DNA of 64,000 nucleotides from an uncultured Lachnospiraceae bacterium (lineage in GTDB: Bacteria > Bacillota > Clostridia > Lachnospirales > Lachnospiraceae): NCBI GenBank assembly GCA_964591945.1, contig CAZQBM010000002.1, forward strand, positions 6,550 to 70,549, given 5' to 3'. Position 1 is the first letter of the stretch; each line of letters opens with the position of its first letter. Positions 9,566 to 18,482 of this stretch are shown piece after piece. Both the position numbers and the translations under genes were made by a program. Below the pieces are notes generated by a model, which worked only from the letters and a program-made list of their open reading frames with translations, was not told where the DNA came from and ran no database searches.

Positions 9566-10207
9566 ATGGGCGAAAATTTTACTAGCCGAGTAGGCTATTT
9601 GATTAGAAACTTTAGAATTGCATCTGATATGACACAAAAAGAATTAGCGGATAAATGCGGATTAAATGAATCCACCATCCGTAACTATGAACTTGGTAAC
9701 AGATATCCGGATGCAGCAACACTATTGAATATAGCCAATAACCTCAATGTCAGCTTTTATGCGTTATCTGATCCTGACGTTGCCAATATATTCAGCGCAC
9801 TTCATGTGCTGTTTGATATCGAGTGGGCATACGGACTACGCCCTACTATGAAAGATGGGGAGTTAACTCTTAAATTTGAAGAAAGACTTTCAAGCACCGG
9901 ACCTCGCCCGCAGGAAGACCTTGATAACTTCCGAAAAATGGTTGAGTATTGGGCACGCTTGCGAGACAGATTGGAAGATGGCGAAATAACTGAATCGGAA
10001 TACTATCTCAAAGAGATAAAATTCCCGATGAATCCGGTAGACCCAGATAAAGAATATACAGTTTCGTTGAATCTTGATGATGACGACCAGTTAATGGTTC
10101 AGAATATGAATGATGATGAAGATGCAGAAGAAACTGCTGAATTGTTAAAAGACTTGTTTCCTGATTTCTCTTATGTGAAGAGAAAACGGAAACCGAAAAA
10201 TCAATAA
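9566..10207 (+). CDS. XRE-family HTH repressor
   Basis: IRNFRIASDMTQKELADKCGLNESTIRNYELGNRYP; divergent from xis-int. Confidence 0.88.
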   Translation: MGENFTSRVGYLIRNFRIASDMTQKELADKCGLNESTIRNYELGNRYPDAATLLNIANNLNVSFYALSDPDVANIFSALHVLFDIEWAYGLRPTMKDGELTLKFEERLSSTGPRPQEDLDNFRKMVEYWARLRDRLEDGEITESEYYLKEIKFPMNPVDPDKEYTVSLNLDDDDQLMVQNMNDDEDAEETAELLKDLFPDFSYVKRKRKPKNQ

Positions 10208-10229
10208 AACTTTATAAAGGAGACCAACT

Positions 10230-11210
10230 ATGAAATTATATTATATAGGTAATGGTTTTGATTTAGCACATAATTTACCAACTAAATATCTAGATTTTAA
10301 AAAATTCTTTAAAACAAATTTCCCTGAGTATTATTATCGTTTTATAGAAATGTATGGTTTAGGAGAAATGCACACAGACTATGATGGACCATACTATGAT
10401 GATTCAGAAAGTGAAGAAATAATTAAATTATGGATGGACTTTGAAAACACTTTAGCTAAAATAGATTCTAGCTTTATATATAACAAACTTGGCACCATAC
10501 AAGAAACAAGAGATTTAACACAATGTGAATTTGAAGGAATTTTCGATCCTGATCCCGCATGGTATAATGATGTCTATGTTGAAAATATGAATCTTTATGA
10601 ATTATATAAACCATTAGAAAAAGCATTTATCAATTGGATTGAATATATTGAAAATACTTTCTCTCCAACTAAACCGAGTAAACAGATAAAACCTTTTTAT
10701 CCAATATTAAACAATGATTCTTTCTTCATTGTCTTTAATTATACTCACACCTTACAGAAACTATATAAAATTGATAGCAGTCACATTTTTTATCCTCATG
10801 GCGAAGCTGGAAACCCCCAAAAACAACCCAAATTCGGGCATGGCGATAGTTCTGCATCATCACAAATTGAATCTATAGAAACTTATGATGACGATTCACA
10901 TTATATCATTGATTGGATTGCACAATACTTATTCCACACTCAAAAAGATGTTACCGACTACTTATTGGATGTTTCAAATTTTTTGGAAAATATCGAAATT
11001 GATGATGATGACAAAGTTATTATTAATGTATTAGGCTGTTCTTTTAGTAGCATTGATGTTCCATATTTTATTAGCGTTTCCGAAACCTTTACTGATGCTG
11101 AGTGGAATATATCGTATCATTCTGATGAAGACAAAAAACGTATTGAAGATTTTATTACCAAAAATAATTTCAAATCCCTCACCTCTAATATTACACTGTT
11201 CAAGATTTGA
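10230..11210 (+). CDS. AbiH-family abortive infection protein
   Basis: MKLYYIGNGFDLAHNLPTKY.DF, FNYT.TL, HGEA, LG.SFS.ID.PYF signature motifs. Confidence 0.88.
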   Translation: MKLYYIGNGFDLAHNLPTKYLDFKKFFKTNFPEYYYRFIEMYGLGEMHTDYDGPYYDDSESEEIIKLWMDFENTLAKIDSSFIYNKLGTIQETRDLTQCEFEGIFDPDPAWYNDVYVENMNLYELYKPLEKAFINWIEYIENTFSPTKPSKQIKPFYPILNNDSFFIVFNYTHTLQKLYKIDSSHIFYPHGEAGNPQKQPKFGHGDSSASSQIESIETYDDDSHYIIDWIAQYLFHTQKDVTDYLLDVSNFLENIEIDDDDKVIINVLGCSFSSIDVPYFISVSETFTDAEWNISYHSDEDKKRIEDFITKNNFKSLTSNITLFKI

Positions 11211-11248
11211 AAAAATTATTGTCATTATATTGTCACACCCAAAAACAA

Positions 11249-11286
11249 GAGCCAAGAAACGCCGAATTTACGGCATTTCTTGGCTC
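11249..11286. terminator. Hairpin between convergent abiH and guaA
   Basis: GAGCCAAGAAACGCCG-AATTTA-CGGCATTTCTTGGCTC. Confidence 0.6.
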
Positions 11287-11293
11287 ATTTGTA

Positions 11294-12277
11294 TTATTCC
11301 CACTCGATCGTAGCAATCGGCTTCGGGCTCATGTCATAACATACTCTACAAACTCCATCCACCTCGCTCAAAATACGATTTGTAATCTTTTCTAAAATAT
11401 CCCAGTCAATGCGGGGCACGGTACAGTGCATAGCATCTACTGTATTTACAGCACGGATGATTACAGGCCAGTAATCAAGACGCTTGCCATCTTTTACACC
11501 GGTAGAAGTGATATCAGGCACTACTGTGAAGAACTGCCAGATTTCCTTGTCTAAGCCGGCTTTTACGAATTCTTCGCGAAGGATTGCATCTGATTCGCGG
11601 AGTGCGTGTAAACGGTCTCTTGTGATAGCACCGGTACAACGAACACCAAGTCCGGGGCCGGGGAACGGCTGACGGTCAACCATTTCAGCAGGAAGGCCAA
11701 GTGCCTTACCTACCACACGAACTTCATCCTTGTAAAGCAACTTAACGGGTTCTACAAGTCCTTCGAACTTAAAGTCCTCAGGAAGTCCGCCTACATTGTG
11801 GTGAGCCTTAACACCGTCTGATTCCAAGATGTCGGGATAAATGGTTCCCTGTGCAAGGAAAGAAATGCCTTCCAACTTGCTTGATTCTTCTTCGAATACA
11901 CGAACGAATTCTTCACCGATAATTTTACGTTTCTTTTCGGGTTCTGCAACGCCTGCAAGCTTGTCTAAGAAGCGGTCTGTTGCATCGATATAAATAAGGT
12001 TTGCGTCAAGCTGGTTGCGGAATACTTCGATTACCTGCTCGCTTTCGCCCTTACGCATTAAACCATGGTTTACGTGTACGTTTACCAGCTGCTTGCCGAT
12101 GGCCTTAATTAAAAGTGCGGCAACTACAGAGCTGTCTACACCGCCTGAAAGTGCTAATAAAACTTTCTTGTCGCCAACCTGTGCGCGCACAGCAGCAACC
12201 TGTTCTTCAATGAACTTTTCTGCCAAAGCAGGAGTTGTGATACGTTCCATTGTATCAGGTCTCTTGTTTGAATCCAT
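11294..12277 (-). CDS. guaA: GMP synthase, ATP-pyrophosphatase plus C-terminal domain only (subunit-B type)
   Basis: ALSGGVDSSV, QGTIYPD, HHNVGGLP, RQPFPGPGLGVR, KP.ATIEWE; no N-terminal glutaminase domain. Confidence 0.93.
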   Translation of the reverse strand: MDSNKRPDTMERITTPALAEKFIEEQVAAVRAQVGDKKVLLALSGGVDSSVVAALLIKAIGKQLVNVHVNHGLMRKGESEQVIEVFRNQLDANLIYIDATDRFLDKLAGVAEPEKKRKIIGEEFVRVFEEESSKLEGISFLAQGTIYPDILESDGVKAHHNVGGLPEDFKFEGLVEPVKLLYKDEVRVVGKALGLPAEMVDRQPFPGPGLGVRCTGAITRDRLHALRESDAILREEFVKAGLDKEIWQFFTVVPDITSTGVKDGKRLDYWPVIIRAVNTVDAMHCTVPRIDWDILEKITNRILSEVDGVCRVCYDMSPKPIATIEWE

Positions 12278-12385
12278 GGTATTTCCTCCTAAAAATCATA
12301 AAAGATTGTTTTTTGACAAAATTTATTATAATCAGTTCATTATCAGAAATCAATTTTTTTTTATAAAAAACCAAAAATTTCTTTC

Positions 12386-12724
12386 TTAGGCATACTTTGA
12401 AAGAATACTCACGCAATATTGATTCATGCTTACACCTTCCATCTCTGCTTTTTCAGCCAAATGCTTATGAAGTGTTTTGGGAACCCTTAATTTAAACTGT
12501 CCGGAATAATTGGGTGGTTCCGGAATCGTAATTCCGTCTTTTATACTGTTTTTAATCCATTCTCTTTTTGCATCTTCCGCCATCACCATCAATTCTTCAA
12601 TGGTATCAGCGCATGTAATACAACCGCTTAACTCCGGATAATAACCTGTGAATCCGCCTTCTTCTTTGTCTTCTATTATTACAAATTTGTACGCTATATT
12701 CATATAATCATTTAATGTCTTCAT
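12386..12724 (-). CDS. hicB: HicB antitoxin
   Basis: YPELSGCITCADT..E, YSGQFKLRVPKTLH..LA..A..EGVSMNQY. Confidence 0.9.
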   Translation of the reverse strand: MKTLNDYMNIAYKFVIIEDKEEGGFTGYYPELSGCITCADTIEELMVMAEDAKREWIKNSIKDGITIPEPPNYSGQFKLRVPKTLHKHLAEKAEMEGVSMNQYCVSILSKYA

Positions 12725-12962
12725 TCTTATTCTCCTCTTCTACGACTATCCTAACCAACTCAACATATGCTCTTTTGATTGTTTTATGACGCGGAATCGT
12801 AATGTTATTACAACCTTTTTTACGAAAAGTAATGTGACTGCTGCCACCGGATGTTTCTTTGGCAGAATACCCATATGCCTCTAAAATTTTCTTTAATTCT
12901 TCATACCGCATTTCTGCCGAAGAATCTTTGAGCTTATGTATCAGTTTATCCCACTTTGACAT
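12708..12962 (-). CDS. hicA: HicA toxin
   Basis: GSSHITFRKKG..ITIP.HK.IKRAYV; overlaps hicB. Confidence 0.9.
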   Translation of the reverse strand: MSKWDKLIHKLKDSSAEMRYEELKKILEAYGYSAKETSGGSSHITFRKKGCNNITIPRHKTIKRAYVELVRIVVEEENKNEDIK

Positions 12963-12980
12963 ATTTTAATTCCTTTCTTT

Positions 12981-13009
12981 ATTATATGTGGTGTCATATA
13001 TGGTGTCAA
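12981..13009 (-). promoter_or_regulatory. Consensus sigma-A promoter of hicAB with TGACACC repeats
   Basis: TTGACA-17bp-TATAAT on the minus strand; TGACACC occurs twice. Confidence 0.8.
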
Positions 13010-13174
13010 TGTTGCCCTATTAAAAAATTGATTATCTTTGCAGAAACTGCAGAAATTTCAGAATATAGATTATGATTCATTAAGATATTGACTTATAGCG
13101 AATAATGCTATCAGCATCTGTGTCTATAAAATATGCTTCTAATATATCGGCAAATACGTCTTTTAAACAAGCAA

Positions 13175-13212
13175 AAAGCATCGCAAATTTCGACAATTAA
13201 CTGCGATGCTTT
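13175..13212 (-). terminator. Intrinsic terminator of the two-component operon
   Basis: AAAGCATCGCA..TGCGATGCTTT IR with U-tract on the minus strand. Confidence 0.6.
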
Positions 13213-13232
13213 AATATATTGTATAAAAATGT

Positions 13233-13619
13233 CTACTTCAGCAATTCATCCGACAGACGGATAATCTCCGGTGCAATCCGTTCCCTCTCATGCTTCATTA
13301 CCGCCTGATACACAGGGTACGCCAGACACACACCAATCATTCCCACAATGCCAATCACAATGCCGGGAACCATAGTACTTGTCATTCCAAGTTTCGCCCC
13401 CAAATCCGTCATGATAAGACTCATCCCTGCCCCCAGAATCAAAGCGCCCAGTGTACCGATGATCAAGGATGTCATAGTCCCCTTACGGTACACGCTTGCA
13501 TCCAGGCGTCGCAACTGCTCCATTTTATCTTCTTCCTTAGGAAGGTATTTCTTTCGTATATCATTGATTTCATTCTGCTCTTTGGCAGAGTAAGTATATT
13601 GAAATCTTTTTTCGTCCAT
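13233..13619 (-). CDS. Small two-TM membrane protein (paralog of 16152-16514)
   Basis: IR.KY..KE....L..LDA.V..G.GMS..MT shared with the 16152 ORF. Confidence 0.75.
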   Translation of the reverse strand: MDEKRFQYTYSAKEQNEINDIRKKYLPKEEDKMEQLRRLDASVYRKGTMTSLIIGTLGALILGAGMSLIMTDLGAKLGMTSTMVPGIVIGIVGMIGVCLAYPVYQAVMKHERERIAPEIIRLSDELLK

Positions 13620-13631
13620 TTTATTACTCCT

Positions 13632-14303
13632 CTATTTTACATCTTTGATTTTCTTAATCTGTTTGTTTGCCACCTTTACCATATAGATGGCCATACCAAG
13701 AATCAGGACTGTCACGCCTGCACCGGTAGCTCCCGTCATAATCAGGCGAAACTGTTCGTCATTACCGGAACCAAACGTTGCAAGCATGGCTTTCTCCAGC
13801 GTCAGCATGGAAACCAGCGCTGTTGCAAGCCCCAGCATTTTGCCCGCCGTATAAACCGGACTTTTTAACTTACGGTACTTATTAAAATCAATGACCGCCA
13901 TTGTAAAAGCATAAAAGGTATACGTCGCCATAGCGATCACGGTAATCTCGTGGTGCACAAAGGCGCGTCCCTGCCACATAATGTAATACACAAAACCTGC
14001 CAACGTTGCATTCAGCAAAAACAAGGAAATTCCGCACCACCGGTACAGTTTCCACTCTTTCAACAGGTCGGACCGCATATTATGTTTCTCCGAATATTTC
14101 GCGATTAAAAATCGAACCAATCCCAAAATACCATAATAGCCTGCCATAGAATAAAACCACACCGTATGATGCTTATATCCGAGAGCCAACTGAAACAATG
14201 CATACGCCAAATTGATTACCACATTTCGGTAAAGCGATACCCGAATTCGCAATCCGACATCACTTTTATACCGTTCTTTAAACAATTCAACCCTCTTATT
14301 CAC
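13632..14303 (-). CDS. Multi-pass membrane protein
   Basis: 223 aa, ~6 hydrophobic segments; overlaps the kinase stop. Confidence 0.75.
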   Translation of the reverse strand: MNKRVELFKERYKSDVGLRIRVSLYRNVVINLAYALFQLALGYKHHTVWFYSMAGYYGILGLVRFLIAKYSEKHNMRSDLLKEWKLYRWCGISLFLLNATLAGFVYYIMWQGRAFVHHEITVIAMATYTFYAFTMAVIDFNKYRKLKSPVYTAGKMLGLATALVSMLTLEKAMLATFGSGNDEQFRLIMTGATGAGVTVLILGMAIYMVKVANKQIKKIKDVK

Positions 14304-15378
14304 CCTGTTGCCTCCGCACTTTTACGGTAAAAGCACTGCCCGCACCCGGAGTACTTTCCACGCCGATTTCGCCCTCCATTATGTCGATGACTCTTTTCAC
14401 AAGGGCAAGGCCTAAACCATTTCCCTGGGTTGCTCTGGAAGTATCCCCCTGATAAAATTTCTCAAAAATATGTGCCCCCACTTCCGGTGACATCCCGCAA
14501 CCTGTGTCTTTTACTTTCACAATGGCATACTTCTCATCGGCCTCCAGACTCAAGGCAACCGTTCCGCCCTCCGGCGTAAATTTAAAAGCATTGGACAGAA
14601 GGTTATTCCACACCAGATACAGAAGCTCTGCATCCGCTGTAATCGTCACATCTTCCGCAATATCCGTCTCAATCTCAATACCGGATTTTTCCCAGACGTT
14701 TTCATATTGAAGCAGACATTCACAAAGCTGCTCGCTTAAATTATACTCTGTAGCATTGCAAAAAATCTGCTGATTTTCCAGGCGGTTTAATTTTAAGATA
14801 TTAGTCATCATATCCGAAATACGCCTGCTGCCGTCAGTAACACCTTTGGCATATTCCAGTCTTTTATCCGCAGGCAAATCAGGGTCCTGCAGAAGAGTTC
14901 CGAAGTTTTGCATGACCGCCAGCGGTGTCTTCATCTCGTGGGATACGTTTGCAATAAAATCCGTGCGCAGGGTTTCCACGCCGGACAACTCTTCCGCCAT
15001 TTTATTGAAACAATTGATGATTTCGTTAAACTTCGCATCTGTACCAAAACGGCTGATGGGCTGAATACGCACGCTAAAATCACCCTGCATCATTTTCTCC
15101 GTCGCATCGGTAATCCGCTTCACCGGGCGCTCTACCGTGAGCTTTCTGCGGACCACATCAATCACCGTAAAAATAAAGCTTAAAAGCACCACGTTTCCAA
15201 GAGTAAGTTTAGCAGCCAAATTTATATTTTCTTCCGTCAACACAAGATTCAATGAGTCCCGCATCACAGACACAAAAAGCATCATACAGCACGTGGTCAC
15301 AAAGGCCACCAGCGCAAAGAAAACAATATAATTATTTACGATAAAAAGCACTTTTTCATACGTATTCTTCTTTTTCAC
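14296..15378 (-). CDS. Sensor histidine kinase (HAMP-HisKA-HATPase; HssS-like)
   Basis: ANVSHEMKTPL, NLLSNAFKF, DTGCG, GNGLGL; two TMs with a short loop. Confidence 0.93.
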   Translation of the reverse strand: MKKKNTYEKVLFIVNNYIVFFALVAFVTTCCMMLFVSVMRDSLNLVLTEENINLAAKLTLGNVVLLSFIFTVIDVVRRKLTVERPVKRITDATEKMMQGDFSVRIQPISRFGTDAKFNEIINCFNKMAEELSGVETLRTDFIANVSHEMKTPLAVMQNFGTLLQDPDLPADKRLEYAKGVTDGSRRISDMMTNILKLNRLENQQIFCNATEYNLSEQLCECLLQYENVWEKSGIEIETDIAEDVTITADAELLYLVWNNLLSNAFKFTPEGGTVALSLEADEKYAIVKVKDTGCGMSPEVGAHIFEKFYQGDTSRATQGNGLGLALVKRVIDIMEGEIGVESTPGAGSAFTVKVRRQQGE

Positions 15379-16046
15379 AAAATCACCACCTTATACCCAA
15401 GTCCATGTACCGTCACAATTTCAAAGTCTTCGCACATCTCAAGTTTCGCACGAAGTTTGGTCATATAAACATCCACCGTTCTGGTTCCAGATGCGGTGTC
15501 CGCATCCCAGAATTCGTCCATCAGCTGACTGCGTGTAAATGTCTTCTTGGGATAAGAAAGCATTTTATATAAAATATTAAATTCCCTTGTGGTAAGTGAG
15601 ATTTCCTCTTCGCCAAGATAAGCCGTACGCTCATCCATATCCATTTTAAAATTGCCCACCGTAAGCGTTCTTGACGTGGCAATCTTTGCGCGACGTAGGA
15701 GTGCGCCGATGCGCAGGAACAACTCATCCAAATCGATGGGTTTTACCATATAATCGTCTACGCCCACGCGAAAGCCCCTCTGCTTTGACGCAAAGTCGTC
15801 CCGCGCCGTCATAAAAAGAATAGGGATTTCTTCGTTCAGGGAACGCACTGTTTTGGCAAACTCAAAACCGTCTATTCCCGGCATCATAACGTCCGATACG
15901 ATTAAGTCAAACACGGTATCATACATTACGTCATATGCTTCTTCAGCGCCAAGGCAACCCGTTGCCTCGTATCCGCTGTTGTTTAAAAAGGAACAAACGG
16001 TTTTATTTAAATCTCTGTCATCTTCTACCACCAGAATTTTGAACAT
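15375..16046 (-). CDS. OmpR-family response regulator (HssR-like)
   Basis: ILVVEDD, DVMMP, KP, RTVDVY..KLR, TVHGLGY. Confidence 0.95.
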   Translation of the reverse strand: MFKILVVEDDRDLNKTVCSFLNNSGYEATGCLGAEEAYDVMYDTVFDLIVSDVMMPGIDGFEFAKTVRSLNEEIPILFMTARDDFASKQRGFRVGVDDYMVKPIDLDELFLRIGALLRRAKIATSRTLTVGNFKMDMDERTAYLGEEEISLTTREFNILYKMLSYPKKTFTRSQLMDEFWDADTASGTRTVDVYMTKLRAKLEMCEDFEIVTVHGLGYKVVIL

Positions 16047-16151
16047 AGGAATTCCTCCTTTTGGTCTACATCTCTAGTGTAAACGATAACATTCAAATGT
16101 TAAAGTTTTGTTTACGTTTCTTTTTGATGTAAAAGAAACCTAATCTAGCTC

Positions 16152-16514
16152 TTACTGCATCAACTTCTCGCTGAGTTTGAGAATTTCTTCGCCATATTTC
16201 TTCTTACGCGATGCAAGAATGCTCTTATACATCGGATAGTTGATGATTGCCATAATCATACCGATTACACCGATTATAATGCCGGGCACCAAAGGATTAC
16301 TGATGCCGATTACACTACCGATTTCGGTCATTACAAAGCTCATACCGCTGCCCATAATGATTGCGCTAAAACTGCCGAATACGTATGCAAATACGTTTGC
16401 GGGGCGTTTCACTTTCGCGTCCAACGCTTTTAATTCGTCTAACTGCGTGTGTTCCTTCTCTGTGTATTCGCTTCTGATTTTCTGTACTAAAAATTCCTGA
16501 TCGTTTCTGTTCAT
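16152..16514 (-). CDS. Small two-TM membrane protein (paralog of 13233-13619)
   Basis: Shared motifs with the 13233 ORF. Confidence 0.75.
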   Translation of the reverse strand: MNRNDQEFLVQKIRSEYTEKEHTQLDELKALDAKVKRPANVFAYVFGSFSAIIMGSGMSFVMTEIGSVIGISNPLVPGIIIGVIGMIMAIINYPMYKSILASRKKKYGEEILKLSEKLMQ

Positions 16515-16571
16515 TTTTATTTTCCTCTTTTCTTTTTAATTAACTTCTGCTTCGCTTTTCTCTGCTTTTCC

Positions 16572-16790
16572 TTACTTCACGTTTCCCTGTAAACGTTTCT
16601 TCGCATCTTCCACGCTCTCACCCTCTTTGGCAAAAAGCTTCTCAACACACTTATCGCTTACCTTGTTAAAGCCTTCCACAGCGCTGGTTTCAATCTTCTT
16701 GTAACCTTCTACCACACCGGTTTCGATTTTCTTATAACCCTCTACTACAGCCTCTGCAATTTTTTCGTTTGTTTCTACTAATTTAGACAT
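16572..16790 (-). CDS. Small protein with 11-aa repeats (VVEGYKKIETG)
   Basis: RBS AAGGAG before ATG 16790; three tandem amphipathic repeats. Confidence 0.7.
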   Translation of the reverse strand: MSKLVETNEKIAEAVVEGYKKIETGVVEGYKKIETSAVEGFNKVSDKCVEKLFAKEGESVEDAKKRLQGNVK

Positions 16791-16991
16791 ATTTGTTTCT
16801 CCTTTTCTTACAAAATGTTGTTTGCTTTGTTTCAGTTTGTAATTGCATTTTATCGGTGATTTGTTTTCGGGTTGTTTGCGAAATGTTTCAGTTTTGTTAA
16901 TTTTCGCGAAAAGCACAAGCCATGCAAGATCGGACAATATCAGCCGTTGGGAGTTTACTCACATAAGGCTGATGTTGGCTGAGCTTATAGG

Positions 16992-17093
16992 GCGACGCCC
17001 GTGACCGAGTATGCGTCAGCATACGAGGTGCATGGCGCAGAATGCGACGCCCGTGACCGAGTATGCGTCAGCATACGAGGTGCATGGCGCAGA
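16992..17093. repeat. Tandem duplication of a 50-bp palindromic REP-like unit
   Basis: GCGACGCCCGTGACCGAGTATGCGTCAGCATACGAGGTGCATGGCGCAGA at 16992-17041 and 17044-17093; core hairpin GTATGC-GTCA-GCATAC. Confidence 0.9.
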
Positions 17094-17097
17094 TAAT

Positions 17098-17132
17098 AAA
17101 AAAGGAACCTTTCATTCGAAAAGTTCCTTTTT
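17098..17132 (-). terminator. Terminator of the phosphoesterase cluster
   Basis: AAAAAGGAAC..GTTCCTTTTT IR directly after the 17139 stop. Confidence 0.7.
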
Positions 17133-17138
17133 ATAATT

Positions 17139-17834
17139 TTACTCTAACTCCTCATAATCCTCAAACATAATCCGGACACCGTCCTCGTCGGATTCCACAT
17201 GATAATGTCCGGCATACCACTTCTCGAACTCCAGATTGTCCATAATCTGCTGTAACCACTTCTCCATGGTTTTATCCACCCCACTTTGGTCAATGCCCGG
17301 AATAAAAGCCCATACAGGCTCACATTCAATAGGAACCGTATGCGTCAATACATAATCCACCTGCCAGTCGTATGCGTCCAATTGCGCCTCTACATATCGC
17401 ATCGTCTCCTCATCTGCCTGTTCGCTTTCAAACCACGCCTCTCCGTGGCTTAATCTGTAATACTTATCAATACTGTAGGCGCCACCGATGGCAATTGCTT
17501 TTTTACCATTAAAATCATAAATTTCACCATCCTTGGCAAAAATCAGATTCGGATAAGCTTCTTCTATGTAAGCAATTGCGCCATGCCATTCCTGCTCCTC
17601 ATAATTGCCCGTCAAATAAGGACGTTCCTCGTGATTGCCATGAATACAGAATAACGTAATCGGCAACTGCGATAATTCATTTTTTAGATTGTTGTCCCTG
17701 TGGTCGCAATAATAATTAATGCCCGCATCGCCAAGAATAATGATAATATCTTCTGTTGTAGTTTCCATTTGCTCGCAGAACTGCTTAATTCTATAAAATT
17801 CTCTATGGGTATCTCCGGTTAAATAAATTGCCAT
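17139..17834 (-). CDS. Calcineurin-like metallophosphoesterase
   Basis: GDTH, LGD, GNHE, TH, GHYH motifs. Confidence 0.9.
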   Translation of the reverse strand: MAIYLTGDTHREFYRIKQFCEQMETTTEDIIIILGDAGINYYCDHRDNNLKNELSQLPITLFCIHGNHEERPYLTGNYEEQEWHGAIAYIEEAYPNLIFAKDGEIYDFNGKKAIAIGGAYSIDKYYRLSHGEAWFESEQADEETMRYVEAQLDAYDWQVDYVLTHTVPIECEPVWAFIPGIDQSGVDKTMEKWLQQIMDNLEFEKWYAGHYHVESDEDGVRIMFEDYEELE

Positions 17835-17844
17835 ATGTATTCTC

Positions 17845-18426
17845 CTATCGCCAATGATTCTCCATTATCTCCTTCAATGTTCGCGGTTCGTATTGAATCC
17901 AGGGCTTCATACAACCGACATTAATAGCCTTCGCTTCCGTTTTGTAAATATGCCTGCAATCGTTATCAACCATCTCTGCCAGACACTTTTGATAATAGTT
18001 ATCCTCCTCACTGTTGTGCGTATGTCCGTAAAGCAAAATACTTCCTTTCCCCATTTTCTTCCAACTAAAAATTGGATAGTGGCACAAAACCAAATCATAA
18101 CACTTTCCGTCTACCGAATCGTGTATTTCTTTATAATCACAAACCTCTTCGAACAACTGATGATATCTGTAATCCGACACATCATCGTGGTTCCCCTGCA
18201 CCAAAATTTTATGTCCTTTTAAGGTGGATATGTAGGCTATTAATTTTTCATTTTTACCACGAAAACTGATATCCCCTAAAATATACACAGTGTCTCCGTT
18301 TGTAATCGTATTGTTCCATTTTCTTTTTATTGTCTCATGCATATCTTCCAGATCATCAAACGGTCGATTATCAAATTTGATAGCATTCTCGTGGAATAAA
18401 TGTAAGTCACTGATATAATAATTCAT
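17845..18426 (-). CDS. Calcineurin-like metallophosphoesterase (short, phage-like subfamily)
   Basis: SDLH, LGD, GNHD, CHYP, GHTH, NVG motifs. Confidence 0.9.
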   Translation of the reverse strand: MNYYISDLHLFHENAIKFDNRPFDDLEDMHETIKRKWNNTITNGDTVYILGDISFRGKNEKLIAYISTLKGHKILVQGNHDDVSDYRYHQLFEEVCDYKEIHDSVDGKCYDLVLCHYPIFSWKKMGKGSILLYGHTHNSEEDNYYQKCLAEMVDNDCRHIYKTEAKAINVGCMKPWIQYEPRTLKEIMENHWR

Positions 18427-18482
18427 AAAATTATCGCCTCCTTATCCCTCTATATTCTAAATAACAAATTTCGCTAAAAACA

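Larger units (their letters stand above)
1983..11305. mobile_element. Integrative mobilizable element (tyrosine integrase + MOBV relaxase) inserted at the 3' end of guaA, carrying defence cargo
   Basis: 13-bp direct repeat ATTATTCCCACTC at 1983-1995 and 11293-11305 (the latter spans the guaA 3' end and stop); int/xis/mobC/tnpV/mob genes inside; AT-rich cargo. Confidence 0.9.

Noticed and set aside
12278-12385. Purine riboswitch upstream of guaA
   Set aside because: AT-rich spacer lacking the conserved aptamer sequence
13030-13160. Possible GNAT gene relic (NNAISICVYK..YIGKY) on the + strand
   Set aside because: Too short and interrupted by stops to support a call
16992-17093. Possible CRISPR mini-array
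   Set aside because: Only two 50-bp copies separated by 2 bp, no spacer, and no cas genes in the window
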